Source of the DNA: a virus
Taxonomy: Duplodnaviria; Caudoviricetes
IMG/VR virus record: IMGVR_UViG_3300047476_001839
Span: 1 to 56,502 of that record
Reading direction: 5' to 3' (one strand)
Length of the DNA: 56,502 nucleotides
This document shows, one piece after another, positions 54,347 to 56,502 of the stretch (position 1 is the first letter of the stretch; the number at the start of each line of letters is the position of its first letter). Position numbers and translations under genes: made by a program. Below the pieces are notes generated by a model, which did not search any database, was not told the DNA's origin, and saw only the letters and a list, made by a program, of their open reading frames with translations.

Positions 54347-55333
54347 TTATTTACCTTTCTCCGATTCTGATAGTTGTTGTAAGTCGTTAATAATATTTCC
54401 CAATTGTTTATAGAATTGTTTATTATATTTTGGATTTGTATTCATTTCTTTTAAAAATGATGGGTCAAAAGATTCACTAAATTCTGGATATGTTCTTACC
54501 AATAATGCTTCTAAAGTTTTGAATTTATCTGAAGATGGATTTTTGAGAATATTAATAATTGTTTCAATATGTTTCTGATTAGTATATTGGGGACTTCTTG
54601 AAACTGATTTTTTAATTCCCATAAGGTTTGAAGCAGAAAACATTCTAATGAAATCTTTTAAGTTGGCTGGTTTTTCTAGTTCTGAATTAAAATAAGGATG
54701 ATCACCAGCTTTTAGTCTTCTTATTACATTTTCATATTTTTGTGGTGTAAATTGTTCTCTTAAATCTAACAAATCCTCTTCGTCTTGTGGACCAGATCTT
54801 CTTCCAGAAAAGTGTCTGAACAATTTTTCCACAAGTTCTTCATATGATGGAAGTATTGAGTCTTTTTGTATTTTTTGTATACCTAGAGCAAGTGCAATAT
54901 TAGATTCATCCATTATATTCGATACTTTTTCTGGAATTTTTTGCATTCTAGGATCTTGTAAATGTTGGAGTTCGTGGTGAATTGTTCCTTTTAATAATTC
55001 AAGTTGATTTTTAGCAACTTCTTCTGGTAATGAAATTGCTGATAATTCTACGAGAAATTTGCCCAAATTATTAGGGTCATCTTCAAAAAACACATCTTTT
55101 AAATTAGGGAAAATACTCATCAAACCATTCTTAAGCTTCATTTGGTTTATGAGATATGTTTCACCTATATCCATTACACTCTGGTCTACAAGTGAATCTA
55201 TTTCTTGATCTGTCGCTTCGTGTGTGATTATTCCTTGAGCGGCAGTGATAATTCTGGTGACATTATCAGCTTCTTTGTAATAACCTTTTCTGTCTAATAA
55301 ATAAGCATGTTCTAATAAATCTTTAATATACAT
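54347..55333 (-). CDS. putative zincin-like (HExxH) protein with N-terminal tag
   Basis: TIHHELQHLQD, downstream E; LDRKGYYKEADNV. Confidence 0.6.
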   Translation of the reverse strand: MYIKDLLEHAYLLDRKGYYKEADNVTRIITAAQGIITHEATDQEIDSLVDQSVMDIGETYLINQMKLKNGLMSIFPNLKDVFFEDDPNNLGKFLVELSAISLPEEVAKNQLELLKGTIHHELQHLQDPRMQKIPEKVSNIMDESNIALALGIQKIQKDSILPSYEELVEKLFRHFSGRRSGPQDEEDLLDLREQFTPQKYENVIRRLKAGDHPYFNSELEKPANLKDFIRMFSASNLMGIKKSVSRSPQYTNQKHIETIINILKNPSSDKFKTLEALLVRTYPEFSESFDPSFLKEMNTNPKYNKQFYKQLGNIINDLQQLSESEKGK

Positions 55334-55393
55334 TTGAATCTCTTGCTGATAATGTCACTAATATATATTTTGTTATAAAATTTCTTTCTATCC

Positions 55394-55759
55394 TTGTATA
55401 TATTTAGTGTGGAAATCTTAAATTATACCGGTAGAGTAATTGCTTTGTATGTTAATAAGTCATGGGTTACTTATTTTCCTAATGGTAATGCAAAGTTAAA
55501 AGAAGAAATTAAAACTGACGTTGATGACGTTATTGATATTAAAACATATTCATTGATAGGTATTGATAATCTTCCACATAGAGAAAGTAATGTTTTGATT
55601 GTTGTTGATAAAGAAGTGGCGATTCAAGCTTGGCGAGATTTAAGAGATGATGTTGTTTATATGCATTGTCCATTAGTAAAAGATGACAAACATAATTCTT
55701 TAGCCTCATTTAGCCTTGTTAAATGGAAGAATAGTTATGTGAGAATGAATTGCACTTAA
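55394..55759 (+). CDS. hypothetical protein
   Basis: ILNYTGR..LIVVDKEVA..RDDVVY. Confidence 0.6.
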   Translation: MYIFSVEILNYTGRVIALYVNKSWVTYFPNGNAKLKEEIKTDVDDVIDIKTYSLIGIDNLPHRESNVLIVVDKEVAIQAWRDLRDDVVYMHCPLVKDDKHNSLASFSLVKWKNSYVRMNCT

Positions 55760-55937
55760 TCTTATTTCTACAGCTATTATTTGGTATTATTAATGTACTT
55801 TTAGTAGCAATAACTATCAAGAATAAACCAAAAAACTGGGATTTTGCTTATTGGGTTTTTCTATATTGGGTGGTTTTTATAGAGTTTGAATGGTTTGTGC
55901 TTTTTGAATAAAAAAGAGGACTTTTCAGTCCTCTTTT

Positions 55938-56456
55938 TTATTTATCAGAATATGGATCTAGCTCATCCACATTAAATTCGGTTTGTGGGTATTTATTTCT
56001 TTTATCTAAAATATATGTGTTTTCATTACCTGTTATATTAAAATTTTCACATTCAGGATTTTCACATATGCCTTCAGGGTTGCTCAAATCACCACAGGAT
56101 TCACAAGTAGGAGCATTTTCATCATAAAGATCTCCAAGACCACCAGCAAAATCTTCATATGCGCCGGACATTTTTATGAATTTTGATTTAGTTTCTTTTG
56201 GAGGAAAATGTTTAGACACTTCAATGGTGCCAGAATTAAATGCCAATTTTTGATTAGTTTTATTTAATATATCAAGACTAATTCTGTAAATATTATCTTC
56301 AGACTTGGCTTGGTCTAATTCTTTTAAACTATCTAACTTTTCTTGTTGTTCAGTCAAAGCTGTTTCTTTTTCTTCTAAAGATTCTTCTAAGTTTGTGATA
56401 AGTTTTTGTCTATCAGCTGAATCTTCTTTTTGATTAATTTTAATATATTTGGACAT
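55938..56456 (-). CDS. coiled-coil protein with Zn ribbon
   Basis: GAGGA SD; CESCG..CENPEC. Confidence 0.75.
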   Translation of the reverse strand: MSKYIKINQKEDSADRQKLITNLEESLEEKETALTEQQEKLDSLKELDQAKSEDNIYRISLDILNKTNQKLAFNSGTIEVSKHFPPKETKSKFIKMSGAYEDFAGGLGDLYDENAPTCESCGDLSNPEGICENPECENFNITGNENTYILDKRNKYPQTEFNVDELDPYSDK

Positions 56457-56502
56457 ATTGTTTCCTCAATTGTACTATTGATAATTTTACAAATAATGTG
56501 CG

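Noticed and set aside
1-56502. Stop-codon reassignment (code 15 or 4)
   Set aside because: TAG and TGA end intact genes just before terminators or next genes (e.g. 16240, 18440, 27738, 23002); long genes are unbroken; no suppressor tRNA seen.

Overview
This window is most likely part of a large (jumbo-type) dsDNA phage genome: AT-rich, standard genetic code, no core structural or replication genes, and no integrase. The flanks (1-8.3 kb and 51.5-56.5 kb) carry an NrdG-like radical SAM protein, a glycosyltransferase, ClpP, a J-domain protein, a cytochrome c-like ORF and several proteins sharing short N-terminal tags. The centre (about 8.4-50.3 kb) looks like an early/host-takeover region with many sigma70-type promoters and often leaderless small genes. 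It encodes an HhH glycosylase, UvsE, DUF932, rIIA/rIIB, a divergent SF2-like ATPase, a second ClpP, three Tad2/DUF2829-like proteins, two HNH nucleases, 8 tRNAs (tRNA-Leu(UAA) carries a group I intron) and one degenerate tRNA-like element. The main finding is 28 full and 3 partial copies of a fixed-geometry ~64 bp dyad element, roughly TATTAAS-N6-TA-N5-TAAVAAAW-N5..9-WTTTBTTA-N5-TA-N6-STTAATA. It mostly sits between a terminator and the next promoter and divides 14.8-49.9 kb into promoter-gene(s)-terminator cassettes in both orientations. Also notable are an ORF-free, highly structured ~310 nt RNA, small RNAs antisense to RBS+ATG sequences, a strand-polarised TCGAG motif in the first 12.3 kb, and an origin-like repeat region at 50.3-51.2 kb. 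All counts, folds and family calls were made by eye without database searches.
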